Shown: piece by piece, positions 32,377-41,548 of the stretch
How the letters are laid out: each line of letters begins with the position of its first letter
How positions within the stretch are numbered: the stretch's first letter is position 1
NCBI GenBank assembly: GCA_016191015.1
Contig: JACPPM010000078.1
Location: 1,887-65,886 of the forward strand
DNA: 64,000 bases
From: Acidobacteriota bacterium
Lineage (GTDB): Bacteria; Acidobacteriota; CAIWXX01
Direction: 5' to 3'
The notes under the pieces: generated by a model
The model's input: only the letters and a program-made list of their open reading frames with translations
What the model was told of the DNA's origin: nothing
The model's database searches: none
Program-made: the position numbers and the translations under genes

Positions 32377-33639
32377 ATGAGCCTGTTCAGAAGCGGAAAG
32401 GGGAGGACGAGCAAGGAGTCCGACCATGACGTGGTCGGCGAATATCCCGTCCGGAATGCGCTCCAACGCGCGATCGATGAGAACTGCCTTTTCGCCGTGG
32501 TCGTGGACGAGGCGCGGTTCTCCCGGCGGGCCCGGATCGTCGGAATCGAAGAGCGCGAGAAGTTCTTCTTCGTGCTGCGTTTCTATGAAAACGTCGATTT
32601 CTCACCGGGCGCAACGATAGAAGCAACATTTGAGTCACCGGACTGGCGGTATTCTTTTACTACTAGCATAGAAGAAATCCGAGACGACACGTGGCATCTC
32701 TGTGCCATGCCCGATGTGCTCAGGGACGCTGAGAGACGCGCCTCGGGTCGCGTCAAGCTCAGGCGGGGTGAAAACGTCAGGGTCGCCGCGATCAGCGATC
32801 CGCAGAGCGGGGTGGCCGTCTCGGGCGTGATGCTCCAGTTCTCCACCAGCGGCTTCGTGTTTTGCCCGCAGAGCGTTGCCGAGGCAAAATCGCAGGAGGC
32901 GTTGCTCGTGGGTCGTGAGCACTTCCGTGCTGGGGCGGAGTATCCGACGGTCCGTTTCAAGTTGCCGGGCGCCGAGCGGGATACCGTTGTGTCGGCGGTC
33001 GTCCGGCGAGTCGTGGGAACGGCGCCGGAATTGAACGTTGCGATGGAGTTCCAGGAGCTGCGGGACGCCGACCATCGGATAATCGAGGAGCTGGTCGAGA
33101 TGCGGGCAACGCGATTGCCCGTCACCGGGCCGCTTTTTGCCGACGAGCGGTTCCAAGCGGAAGGAGAACGGGAGAAGTCGAGCGAGGGGCAGAAGAGCCC
33201 GGCGACGGCACGGACCAAGGCCGCGCCGGTGCAGGCTGATGGAGGCGCGGCGGAGCCGGCATCGCACATGGTTCTCCTGGTCGGTGACCCCTTCATTACC
33301 TGTCCCGATGGCCGACAAACCCTCCGCTCTCAGATCCCCCTCACATTCCAGGAGGTTGCCGACGCGAAGACGGCCCTCCTGTTCGTTGCTGAGCAGCCCT
33401 GTCACCTCCTCCTCGTCCGCGTGATCCATTCTGATCCACAGAGCCTCGCGCTGGTCAAGCTCCTCCGCAACCAGCAGGCCCTCACGAACATTCCCATTAT
33501 CGCCGTGACTCCAGCTCCGTCCCCAGTCGAAATCGTCAGGCTGAGATCGAACGGGGTCACTGACATCATCCATGAACCGGTCGACGCCAACTTGCTGGCC
33601 GAGAAGATCCGGAAGTGGATCGAGGCGGGCAGGACCTAG
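32377..33639 (+). CDS. PilZ domain protein fused to a degenerate (pseudo-)receiver domain
   Basis: PilZ motifs RRASGR (RxxxR) and QFSTSGF (xxSxGx). The C-terminal CheY-like fold has the phospho-Asp position replaced (LLLVRVIHSDP) and the conserved Lys replaced (IIHEP). Confidence 0.5.
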   Translation: MSLFRSGKGRTSKESDHDVVGEYPVRNALQRAIDENCLFAVVVDEARFSRRARIVGIEEREKFFFVLRFYENVDFSPGATIEATFESPDWRYSFTTSIEEIRDDTWHLCAMPDVLRDAERRASGRVKLRRGENVRVAAISDPQSGVAVSGVMLQFSTSGFVFCPQSVAEAKSQEALLVGREHFRAGAEYPTVRFKLPGAERDTVVSAVVRRVVGTAPELNVAMEFQELRDADHRIIEELVEMRATRLPVTGPLFADERFQAEGEREKSSEGQKSPATARTKAAPVQADGGAAEPASHMVLLVGDPFITCPDGRQTLRSQIPLTFQEVADAKTALLFVAEQPCHLLLVRVIHSDPQSLALVKLLRNQQALTNIPIIAVTPAPSPVEIVRLRSNGVTDIIHEPVDANLLAEKIRKWIEAGRT

Positions 33640-33697
33640 CTGTTAGCCGTTAGCCTTTAGCTCGAGAACCTGAATCCTGATAGCTGAACGCAACGGG

Positions 33698-35113
33698 TCA
33701 ATCGGTAGCAGATCCTCCTCCGGAGAGTGCGGCGCGGAGGGCTGCGACCAACTCGGAGTCCTCATCAGGCCGCACCGTGCGGAGGTCGACCAGGACCCTT
33801 CCCTTCTCGGCGCGCGCGATCACGGGCGGTAGCGATTTCCGGAGGGCGGCGAGCACTCGTGTATCCGAGATGCCTCGTGGGCGCGCGGAAAGCAGCCTCG
33901 TCGGCACGCGCAGATCCGCCGCCGACCCGCCTCCGACAAGCGACTCCCCGGCATGGATCTCGACGCCCGCCACATCGCGTATCGCCACCATGAGCTGTTG
34001 CGCACGTGCCTCGATCTTCGCCAGGGGCATCCTCAGCATCTGGAGCAACGGCACCTGATCGCTGCCCGTCCGCAGAGTCATCAGCGTCTCTTCGAGAACA
34101 GCCAGGGAGAGCTTGTCGGGACGGAGGGCCCGGTAGAGGGGATTACGCTTGAGGGCCTCGATCAACCGCGGCTTGCCGATAATGATCCCGGCCTGGCAGG
34201 CGCCGAGCATCTTGTCCCCGGAGAAGCAGACCAAGCCGTAGCCGAGGCGGAGATAGGCTGATGGCGATGGCTCTCGCAAGAGCTCCGCAGGCAGGTCCAC
34301 CACGGTGCCGCTGCCGAGGTCGGCGACGACGGTGATTCTCTTCGAGCGCCCCAAGGCCGCCAGATCGCCCGGATCAACTTCTTCCGTGAACCCCACGACA
34401 CGAAAGTTGCTCGGGTGAACCCTCAGCAACATCGCCGTCTCCTTCGTGATCACCCGGCGATAGTCGGCCAGACGTGTGCGGTTCGTGGTGCCCACCTCCA
34501 CCAGACGCGCCCCGCTTCTCGCGCAAATGTCCGGGATGCGGAACGACCCGCCGATTTCAACCAGCTCCCCGCGTGAGACGACGACTTCACGGTCCTGGGC
34601 GAGGGTATTGAGGATCAGCAGGACGGCCGCCGCGTTGTTGTTGACGACAAGACTGCCGGATGATGGGAAGAGAGTGAGAAGGTGCTTCTGGACATGGGTG
34701 AGCCGGCTGCCCCGAGTGCCGGTCTGGAGATCCATCTCGAGATTGCAGAAACCCGCCGCACGGTGAGCCGCTCGCTCGACGACTTCGCGCCCAAGAGGTG
34801 CGCGACCGAGGTTGGTGTGGAGCAGGACGCCGGTTGCGTTGATCACGCGCACTAGCGATGGACGGCCCGCTTCCTCAATCAGCCGGCCGCATTCGCTTTC
34901 CAGCCACACCGCGGGCTCCGGCGGCGCCTGTCCGCCGCCGAGGATCATCTTCCGCAGCGTTGAGGCGGCATTTCGCGCAGCAGACAAGACCGCGGGGCGG
35001 CCGTATCTCGCGATCGCGCCAGCCAGGGATGGCCGCTTCAGGAGGAGCTCTATCGATGGGAGCGAGCGCAGCACATCTCCGTCGGTCTCCGCCACTCGCC
35101 CTTTTCGCTTCAC
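33698..35113 (-). CDS. selA: L-seryl-tRNA(Sec) selenium transferase
   Basis: 471 aa. SelA blocks: INATGVLLHTNLGRAPL, VVNNNAAAVLL, SRGELVEIGGSFRIPD. A PLP-lysine region. Confidence 0.8.
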   Translation of the reverse strand: MKRKGRVAETDGDVLRSLPSIELLLKRPSLAGAIARYGRPAVLSAARNAASTLRKMILGGGQAPPEPAVWLESECGRLIEEAGRPSLVRVINATGVLLHTNLGRAPLGREVVERAAHRAAGFCNLEMDLQTGTRGSRLTHVQKHLLTLFPSSGSLVVNNNAAAVLLILNTLAQDREVVVSRGELVEIGGSFRIPDICARSGARLVEVGTTNRTRLADYRRVITKETAMLLRVHPSNFRVVGFTEEVDPGDLAALGRSKRITVVADLGSGTVVDLPAELLREPSPSAYLRLGYGLVCFSGDKMLGACQAGIIIGKPRLIEALKRNPLYRALRPDKLSLAVLEETLMTLRTGSDQVPLLQMLRMPLAKIEARAQQLMVAIRDVAGVEIHAGESLVGGGSAADLRVPTRLLSARPRGISDTRVLAALRKSLPPVIARAEKGRVLVDLRTVRPDEDSELVAALRAALSGGGSATD

Positions 35114-35205
35114 GCTGACCTCCGACCCGGCCGTGATTATACCCCTTTGTGTGTGTCGGCGATTCTGTCTATACTCTACAGGAGTCCCTGAGACGCAGAG
35201 TGTGG

Positions 35206-35811
35206 ATGCAGAGGAGGTGGCGCGTGTATCGAAGAGGAGTGATCGGTGTCCTGGTGGCGGTGTCGTACGCCGTCCCGGCCGTCCAGGCCTACGACGACAG
35301 TCGCATTTCGAGCGGGGCGGCGGAGAAGATGGAGAGGGTGCTGAATGACGTTTTGACGAAGAGGCGGGATGGAAAGCTCCTGCCGAAGGTCGTCGTCTTC
35401 ACCGAGAAGGAGCTCAATTCCTATCTCTACTACAAGGCAGGCACGCAGCTTCCCCCCAATTTGAGAAATCTCGATCTGCAGCTGGAGCAGGATTCGGTGG
35501 TGGCGCAGGCGGATCTCGATCTGAGCCAGGCCAAGAGTGCGAACGCATCGACGATTCCGGACATGTTCAAACGGCCGTTGCCAATCTATTTGAGCGGAAA
35601 GCTCCTCACGAACAAAGGGTGGGGATACTTCCAGCCCGAATCGATACGGGTCGGGATGTTGCCGGTGCCCGTGTCCGTGCTCGATTCGATCGTCAAGTAC
35701 GTGACCGAACGCCAGACGGGCAAGGCACATTCCCTCAACGACTGGTTCGCCCTCCCCTACGGCATCAAGGAAATCAAAATCCAGAAGGAGAAGATCCTCC
35801 TCTCGCCGTAA
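35206..35811 (+). CDS. Secreted hypothetical protein
   Basis: Start chosen at MQRRWRVYRRGVIGVLVAVSYAVPAVQA|YDD (Sec signal with an AxA site). The ORF-track start at 35149 would add a non-signal leader. Confidence 0.45.
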   Translation: MQRRWRVYRRGVIGVLVAVSYAVPAVQAYDDSRISSGAAEKMERVLNDVLTKRRDGKLLPKVVVFTEKELNSYLYYKAGTQLPPNLRNLDLQLEQDSVVAQADLDLSQAKSANASTIPDMFKRPLPIYLSGKLLTNKGWGYFQPESIRVGMLPVPVSVLDSIVKYVTERQTGKAHSLNDWFALPYGIKEIKIQKEKILLSP

Positions 35812-35880
35812 GCGGGCCGGTGGACGGGTAGCCGCAGACTTCAGCCGGCGTGCCCACTGCGACCGTCTTCTCTCTCAGGG

Positions 35881-36417
35881 ATGGAGATCATTGCAGGCGC
35901 ATTCAGAGGGCGGAGGATCCTGTCTCCGCCGCCCGAGGTGCGTCCCATCCCTGTGCTTCTGCGAAAGAGCATGTTCGACATCCTGGGCGGGCGAATCCAG
36001 GGGTGCTCCTTCCTCGACGGCTTCGCCGGTAGCGGCATCGTCGGGATCGAAGCGATCTCGCGCGGCGCTGCGCGAGTGGATTTCGTCGAATCGGACCGGC
36101 AGGTGGTCCGCCTGCTTGAGAAGAACCTCGCTCGTCTGGGCAGTCCTGACGCTGCCATGGTCCATGCGGCGCGATATGAGGACTTCCTCGGCACAGTGGC
36201 CTCTCCCTACGAGATCATCTTTCTCGACCCCCCCTACGACCAGCCTTCTCCAGAGGCTTTGGTCGAGCTCACACGCCGGAGCGGCGTGACGGGCCCGCAG
36301 ACATTGCTCATCGTGAAGGCATCGACCAGATGGCCGTGGGCGGAGGCGCACGAGCGCATGTTCCGAAAGAAAGTCCAGGGGTCGAACTCGCTGTACTTCT
36401 TCCGGTGCGACGATTGA
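35881..36417 (+). CDS. rsmD: 16S rRNA (guanine966-N2)-methyltransferase
   Basis: 178 aa. SAM motif LDGFAGSG. Catalytic motif DPPY. Confidence 0.8.
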   Translation: MEIIAGAFRGRRILSPPPEVRPIPVLLRKSMFDILGGRIQGCSFLDGFAGSGIVGIEAISRGAARVDFVESDRQVVRLLEKNLARLGSPDAAMVHAARYEDFLGTVASPYEIIFLDPPYDQPSPEALVELTRRSGVTGPQTLLIVKASTRWPWAEAHERMFRKKVQGSNSLYFFRCDD

Positions 36418-36432
36418 GATGTCCCGGTAGCC

Positions 36433-37047
36433 TCAGGACGCGAGATCGCGCGCCTCGCGTTTCAGCTCCTCCAGGGATCTGAGCTCACGGATCGTATAGC
36501 GTTTCAGCCAGACAAGGCTGATCGCGGCGAGCAGGCCGGCCGCGGCCAGGAACAGGTACGGCCACGCGTAGTCCCAAAGACGCAGGGGCCGCTGATGGGA
36601 TTCAGCGAGTAGCTGGATTCTGTGGGCGAGCCACGGAATGAAGAGGACGATCTCGAACAAGAGGACGCCCCACTGAGCCCGTACCGTGCGCAAGCGCCGA
36701 TCGCAGCGCCGGATGCAAAGATCGAGATATGCACGCGTGGTTTGCGCCGATGCAGACCAGATGTCTCGGCGGTTGTAGTGGGCAAACCCCAGCACGGCCA
36801 CCACCAGCAACGCAAAGGATCCCAGGACGATCCGGTCGAAGAGCGCCGGGGAGCGGGACATTGCCCACCAGAGGAGGCCGAGCATCCCGATCGCGAGGAA
36901 CACTTCCGATGCCGAGATCGCCAACAGTCCAGCGGTCCGTCTCCGGACGCGGCGACGCAGATCCGCCGCGTTGATCTCCGGTTGCCGCGATTCCTCCCGC
37001 CAGGCTTCGCTCCATTCGCTCAATTGCCGGTCTGTGTTGTCTCTCAT
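36433..37047 (-). CDS. Membrane protein, putative anti-sigma factor. It overlaps the ECF sigma stop.
   Basis: 204 aa with about four TM helices. Translationally coupled (4-nt overlap) to the upstream ECF sigma gene. Confidence 0.45.
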   Translation of the reverse strand: MRDNTDRQLSEWSEAWREESRQPEINAADLRRRVRRRTAGLLAISASEVFLAIGMLGLLWWAMSRSPALFDRIVLGSFALLVVAVLGFAHYNRRDIWSASAQTTRAYLDLCIRRCDRRLRTVRAQWGVLLFEIVLFIPWLAHRIQLLAESHQRPLRLWDYAWPYLFLAAAGLLAAISLVWLKRYTIRELRSLEELKREARDLAS

Positions 37048-37565
37048 GATCGTTTCTCCCTCGTGGAAAGCGCCTCACGCAAAAGCGCGCGTCCGCGTGT
37101 GAGCCGCACGGCGACATTGCCGTCGGAAATGCCCAGCACCTCACCGATCTCACGATTCGTGAGACCTTCAAGGGCCAGCGAGACTGCCTGTCGGATCGGC
37201 AGCGGCAAGGCGTGCACGGCCGCGCGCAGCCGATCCGCGTCGGAGTGAGCCTGCGCCGCCTCCTCCGGGTTGGGCCGCCGATCAGGCAGATCCAGCGCCT
37301 CCTCCATGCTTCCAACGGCCGACCTCCTCGCGCGCCAGCGATGGGTGAGCCCGCGGTTGTGCGCGATGCGAAACACGAAGGTCCGCGGCGACGCTTCTGC
37401 GCGAAAGCCCGGCAGTGCACGCCAGATGGCCAGACAAATCTCCTGGAAGAGATCATCACGCCGGCCCGAATCGCGCTCGTAGATTCCCGCGACCCGTCGC
37501 AGCGCCGCGCCTTGTGCGGCGATGATGCTGTCAAAAAGCGCCTCGATCTCGGCTCGTCGTGACAT
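37044..37565 (-). CDS. ECF-type RNA polymerase sigma-70 factor
   Basis: Start at the internal Met MSRRAEIEALFDS (about 173 aa). Region 2 (DLFQEICLAIWRAL) and region 4 (LTNREIGEVLGISDGNVAVRLTRGRALLR) are both present. Confidence 0.8.
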   Translation of the reverse strand: MSRRAEIEALFDSIIAAQGAALRRVAGIYERDSGRRDDLFQEICLAIWRALPGFRAEASPRTFVFRIAHNRGLTHRWRARRSAVGSMEEALDLPDRRPNPEEAAQAHSDADRLRAAVHALPLPIRQAVSLALEGLTNREIGEVLGISDGNVAVRLTRGRALLREALSTREKRS

Positions 37566-37591
37566 CTCGGCGTGAGGGACCTCCCGGCCCC

Positions 37592-39520
37592 CTACATTCT
37601 CAGTCCACTCGCCAGTCGCTTCAACCATAAACCTGCCTCCGGCCCCTCCACCGTCAGGACCCAAATCTCGATTCCGTCCGCGACGACCGCCACAGCCTTC
37701 GGACCCGTGTCGATCATCTGCGCCTTGCGATCGCCGATGAGCACTGACCCGGGCGCACCACCGCGGCATTCGGCGGCGAGGCGTTTGCTGACGTCGTCAT
37801 TGAGCTCCAGTCCGAAATTCCGCTGATGGCACGAAAGCCGCGCAGTGCGGCCGTCCCCGGAGGATGCACCGGCCACGACGCTTTCCGACCACGTACGATC
37901 GAGGTCCGCGAAGGTGAAAGTATCCGGAATCCTCCACTCGATTCCGAGCCACGGATTGCGGTAGCTTCCTTTTTCGACCTGGTACGGGCGCGCGTCCGCA
38001 GGCACCTCGGTGCGATCATGGCCGCCGACCGCATACCCAAGCACGGTTGCATCGATCTGCCCGTAGAGTTGGGCGGCCGGGCCGACGCTCAGATCGCCGG
38101 CACCGCCGTTGAGCGAGCTGCTGAGGATGGCAAAGCGGGCGGCGTCGGCGACCCCCCCGGCGCTCATTGCCGAATCGAATGGTATCCAATCAGGGCCGAA
38201 CTTGGCTTCTACCCACGCGTGCCCTCCGAGGATCCCTCCGACATACACGTACCCCATGACAACGCGAGCCGGGATGCCCGCCGCTCGGAGGAGAGTCGCC
38301 AGCAGCGTCGCGTAGCCGACGCATGTCCCACGGCGATCCCTGAAGAGCTCAACCGACGGGGCCATCGCGATTCCCGGGTCAAACGACATGTTCTCGGTGA
38401 CCCACCTTTCGAGACGCGTACAGGCATCCAGCAGGTCGTGGGAGTCGCCCACGACTTTCAACGCCGTTTCGCGCACCACCGGGTCGTCAGACTGCAAGTA
38501 CGCGTTCGCCTGCAGGTAGGCGCGATCTTCGGGGGTGACACTGACGGGAAAGCTCATGACGTCAGGCTGGCGAGGTCGTTGGATCTCGAGGACCAGCGAG
38601 TCCCTGGTCTTGTCACTGACATGCTGGCCCGGGCGCTCGAGATCCGGCCAGCCGAGGTCCGGTTGCCGGTGTGTCAACCGCAGCGACAGCCAGGAAACCT
38701 CCCGCGCCTTCGGCAGACGGATTTGAGTTCGAACGAGCGTGCGCGCGTAGATATCAGCGGGGAGCTCGCCTCCTGACATCGCGGCCTCGGCTTCGGCTCG
38801 AGTCGCGAGACACGATCTCACGATGCCGAACGGTCCTGGCTGTTCCGTTTGCAGGGTGTATCCTTCTTCATCGAGCCAGATCGTGGAGACGATCGGCGCT
38901 GCTGTGAGCTTTTCTTCGATCTTCAGTGTGAGACGTGCCTGACCCAGCACCTCGATTGTCTCGACGGCGGTGACGGCGCGCACAACCTCGCTCACCGCGC
39001 CGATCTCCCCGACGAACAGCTGGTAGCGTACTTGATCCTTCGGTGCGTGGAGCGATCGGAGATTCAATGCCCGCGCTCCCTCGGGTCCCAGGATCTCGCC
39101 ATCCACATCTACTTTTCTCTCGAACGACTTGCCTCCGACCGTCATGGCTACCACCAGCGCGTCGCCCTGTCGAACGGCGGTTGTCGCAGTCTCCTGCTCC
39201 GACAGACGCATACGAATATCCGCGCGCCGGAAGTCGCCTTTCTGGCTCTCCACCGACTTCGCATCGACAACCATCTGGACCTTGCTGCCGAGCCGGTTGA
39301 GCTCGATCTGTGACGACGCGATCTGAATCAGATCATCTCCTTCTCGCACAGATCGCTCGTGAAGAAGACCCACGGGTTGATCCGCGATCGAAACGACGTA
39401 CCATCGATCGCTGGCGCGCCCCAGGTGTGCGATCGAGACGAACAGCCACACGAGAGCGGCGCCGCGGAGTCGTGCCCGGAGCGCAGATCTGCCCTTGGTC
39501 GATGTCGCGATGTCTTTCAA
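37592..39520 (-). CDS. Secreted transglutaminase-like (papain-fold Cys protease superfamily) protein
   Basis: 642 aa. N-terminal signal. Transglutaminase core GTCVGYATLLATLLRAAGIPARVVMGYVYVG...GHAWVEAKF (Cys-His-Asp triad). Only 26 nt from the ECF sigma gene. Confidence 0.65.
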   Translation of the reverse strand: MKDIATSTKGRSALRARLRGAALVWLFVSIAHLGRASDRWYVVSIADQPVGLLHERSVREGDDLIQIASSQIELNRLGSKVQMVVDAKSVESQKGDFRRADIRMRLSEQETATTAVRQGDALVVAMTVGGKSFERKVDVDGEILGPEGARALNLRSLHAPKDQVRYQLFVGEIGAVSEVVRAVTAVETIEVLGQARLTLKIEEKLTAAPIVSTIWLDEEGYTLQTEQPGPFGIVRSCLATRAEAEAAMSGGELPADIYARTLVRTQIRLPKAREVSWLSLRLTHRQPDLGWPDLERPGQHVSDKTRDSLVLEIQRPRQPDVMSFPVSVTPEDRAYLQANAYLQSDDPVVRETALKVVGDSHDLLDACTRLERWVTENMSFDPGIAMAPSVELFRDRRGTCVGYATLLATLLRAAGIPARVVMGYVYVGGILGGHAWVEAKFGPDWIPFDSAMSAGGVADAARFAILSSSLNGGAGDLSVGPAAQLYGQIDATVLGYAVGGHDRTEVPADARPYQVEKGSYRNPWLGIEWRIPDTFTFADLDRTWSESVVAGASSGDGRTARLSCHQRNFGLELNDDVSKRLAAECRGGAPGSVLIGDRKAQMIDTGPKAVAVVADGIEIWVLTVEGPEAGLWLKRLASGLRM

Positions 39521-39670
39521 AGCTCTATCTCCTTAATCTGTCCCGCTGTCGAATTGATCGCATAGGGGATCAGGTCCTGGTAGTCTCCGGGTCGCCCGGA
39601 ACCTTACACGCGTCGTCATCCGCCCCCGCTCCTTCTCTACCCACAGTTCGCGCGTTTGCCAACGCAGCGC

Positions 39671-39904
39671 CTGGTTGTCGCAAGACTACGGCAAAGTCCC
39701 GGAAACCGCAGATTTCACAGATTGACTCGCAGATGTCGCCGACTGCTTCGCGCCGACCCGAGAGTGAGGAGCAGGTTGCTCGTCGGCTGAATGCTGGAAG
39801 AATCTGCGTAATCTGCGCAGAAATCTGCGCCATCTGCGGTTTCGCGCGGAACGGCCTCGCCCGAGTCGGCGCCCCGACTTTGCCGCAGCCCTGCTGGTTG
39901 TCGC
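39671..39904. mobile_element. MITE-like 212-bp element, copy B (39682..39893), with its 11-bp target-site duplication ctggttgtcgc at both ends
   Basis: Termini aagactacggcaaagtc ... gactttgccgcagccctg. The direct repeat ctggttgtcgc sits at 39671-39681 and 39894-39904. It lies in the divergent promoter region between the transglutaminase-like gene and the GH57 gene. The spurious ORFs 39570..39833(-), 39686..39922(-) and the 5' part of 39310..40140(+) lie on it. Confidence 0.8.
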
Positions 39905-39953
39905 GTCACAGTTTGCCGACATCCGAGAGGATGTGGTACTTTCACGGCCGGTT

Positions 39954-41543
39954 ATGCACAGAGGCTATCTGGCGCTGGTTCTACACGCGCACCTGCCGTA
40001 CGTCAGGCACCCCGAGCACCCTCGGTTTCTTGAAGAGGACTGGCTCTACGAGGCCATCTCGGAGACGTACATCCCGTTGCTCTTCATGTTCGACAAGCTG
40101 GCGGAGGATGGGGTGCCTTACAAGGCGGCGATTTCCCTGACGCCGCCACTCTGCGAGATGCTCACCGACGAGCTTCTCGTGAAGCGCTACACCGATCATG
40201 TCGAGCGGCTCATCGATCTTTCGGCCAAGGAAGTCGTCCGTCACAAGAACAATCCTCCATTCGACGCGTCGGCACGGATGTATCTGCATCACTTTCAAGT
40301 CTCGCGGACGCTCCTCGTGGAGAAGTACAAAGGCAACCTTCTGGCCGGCTTCAAGGCTCTGCAGGATGCGGGACATCTCGACATCATGACCTGTGGTGCG
40401 ACCCACGGATTCCTGCCCCTGATCGTGCGTGAGGAGGCGAAGCGGGCGCAGATCGTGGTTGCGAAGCGCAACTATCAGAAGCACTTCGGAAGGCCTCCGG
40501 CCGGGATCTGGCTGCCCGAATGCGGCTTCAGTCCTGGAGATGACAGGCTGCTGGCGGACGCCGGCCTGAAGTTCTTCTTCATGGACTCTCACGGAGTCGT
40601 GTACGGCACACCGCGTCCGCGCTATGGGATTTTCGCGCCGATCCGCACCGACTATGGGCTCAACGCCTTCGCGCGCGATGTGGAGAGCAGCCGGCAGATC
40701 TGGAGCGCGACCGAGGGATATCCGGGCGACTACAACTACCGCGAGTTCTACCGGGATCTGGGCTACGATGGCGACTACCCTTACGTAAAGCCATTTCTGC
40801 ACCCCGACGGCGTGCGCCGCAACATCGGCCTCAAGTACTACAGGGTGACGGGCAAGGTCGAGCTGAACCAGAAGCAGCCGTACGTCCCCGCGTGGGCCAC
40901 CGAACGAGCTACCTCACACGCGTCGCATTTCATGTATCATCGGGAGCTGCAAATCGAGCACCTGCATGATCTGCTGGGGCGAGAGCCGTGCGTTGTCTCG
41001 GCATTCGACGCTGAGCTGTTTGGGCACTGGTGGTTTGAAGGGCCGCAGTTCCTCAATTTTCTCATCCGCAAGATCGCCTACGACCAGGACCGCATCTCCC
41101 TGACGAACCCCACTGCATATCTGGCAGCAAACGCGGACGTTCAAAAAGTGACCCCATCGATGTCAACCTGGGGAGCAGGCGGCTACAATCGTGTCTGGCT
41201 CAACGGAGTGAACGAGTGGATGTATCGACACCAGCATGTGGCGGAGGAGAGGATGGTGGAGCTGGCCAATGATTTTCCGGCTGCCACCGGGTGGCTCGAA
41301 CGCGCTCTGAATCAGGCCGCGCGCGAGTTGCTTCTGGCCGAGAGCTCGGACTGGGCCTTCATCATGACCACCGGCACCAGCGTACCCTATGCTCAAAAGC
41401 GGTTCCGCGACCACATCCACAGGTTCACGAAGATCTACGACGGGGTCATGCAGAACAACCTCGACCGCGAATGGCTCGCGGAAGTCGAAGGGAAGGATAA
41501 TATCTTCCGCGAGATCGACTACAACGTCTATCGAACGAAGTAG
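39954..41543 (+). CDS. GH57 family alpha-glucan branching enzyme-like protein
   Basis: Start at MHRGYLALVLHAHLPYVRHPE (the GH57 hallmark N-terminus). The catalytic region includes WLPECGFSPG. C-terminal DUF1957-like domain. Confidence 0.6.
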   Translation: MHRGYLALVLHAHLPYVRHPEHPRFLEEDWLYEAISETYIPLLFMFDKLAEDGVPYKAAISLTPPLCEMLTDELLVKRYTDHVERLIDLSAKEVVRHKNNPPFDASARMYLHHFQVSRTLLVEKYKGNLLAGFKALQDAGHLDIMTCGATHGFLPLIVREEAKRAQIVVAKRNYQKHFGRPPAGIWLPECGFSPGDDRLLADAGLKFFFMDSHGVVYGTPRPRYGIFAPIRTDYGLNAFARDVESSRQIWSATEGYPGDYNYREFYRDLGYDGDYPYVKPFLHPDGVRRNIGLKYYRVTGKVELNQKQPYVPAWATERATSHASHFMYHRELQIEHLHDLLGREPCVVSAFDAELFGHWWFEGPQFLNFLIRKIAYDQDRISLTNPTAYLAANADVQKVTPSMSTWGAGGYNRVWLNGVNEWMYRHQHVAEERMVELANDFPAATGWLERALNQAARELLLAESSDWAFIMTTGTSVPYAQKRFRDHIHRFTKIYDGVMQNNLDREWLAEVEGKDNIFREIDYNVYRTK

Positions 41544-41548
41544 CCCGC

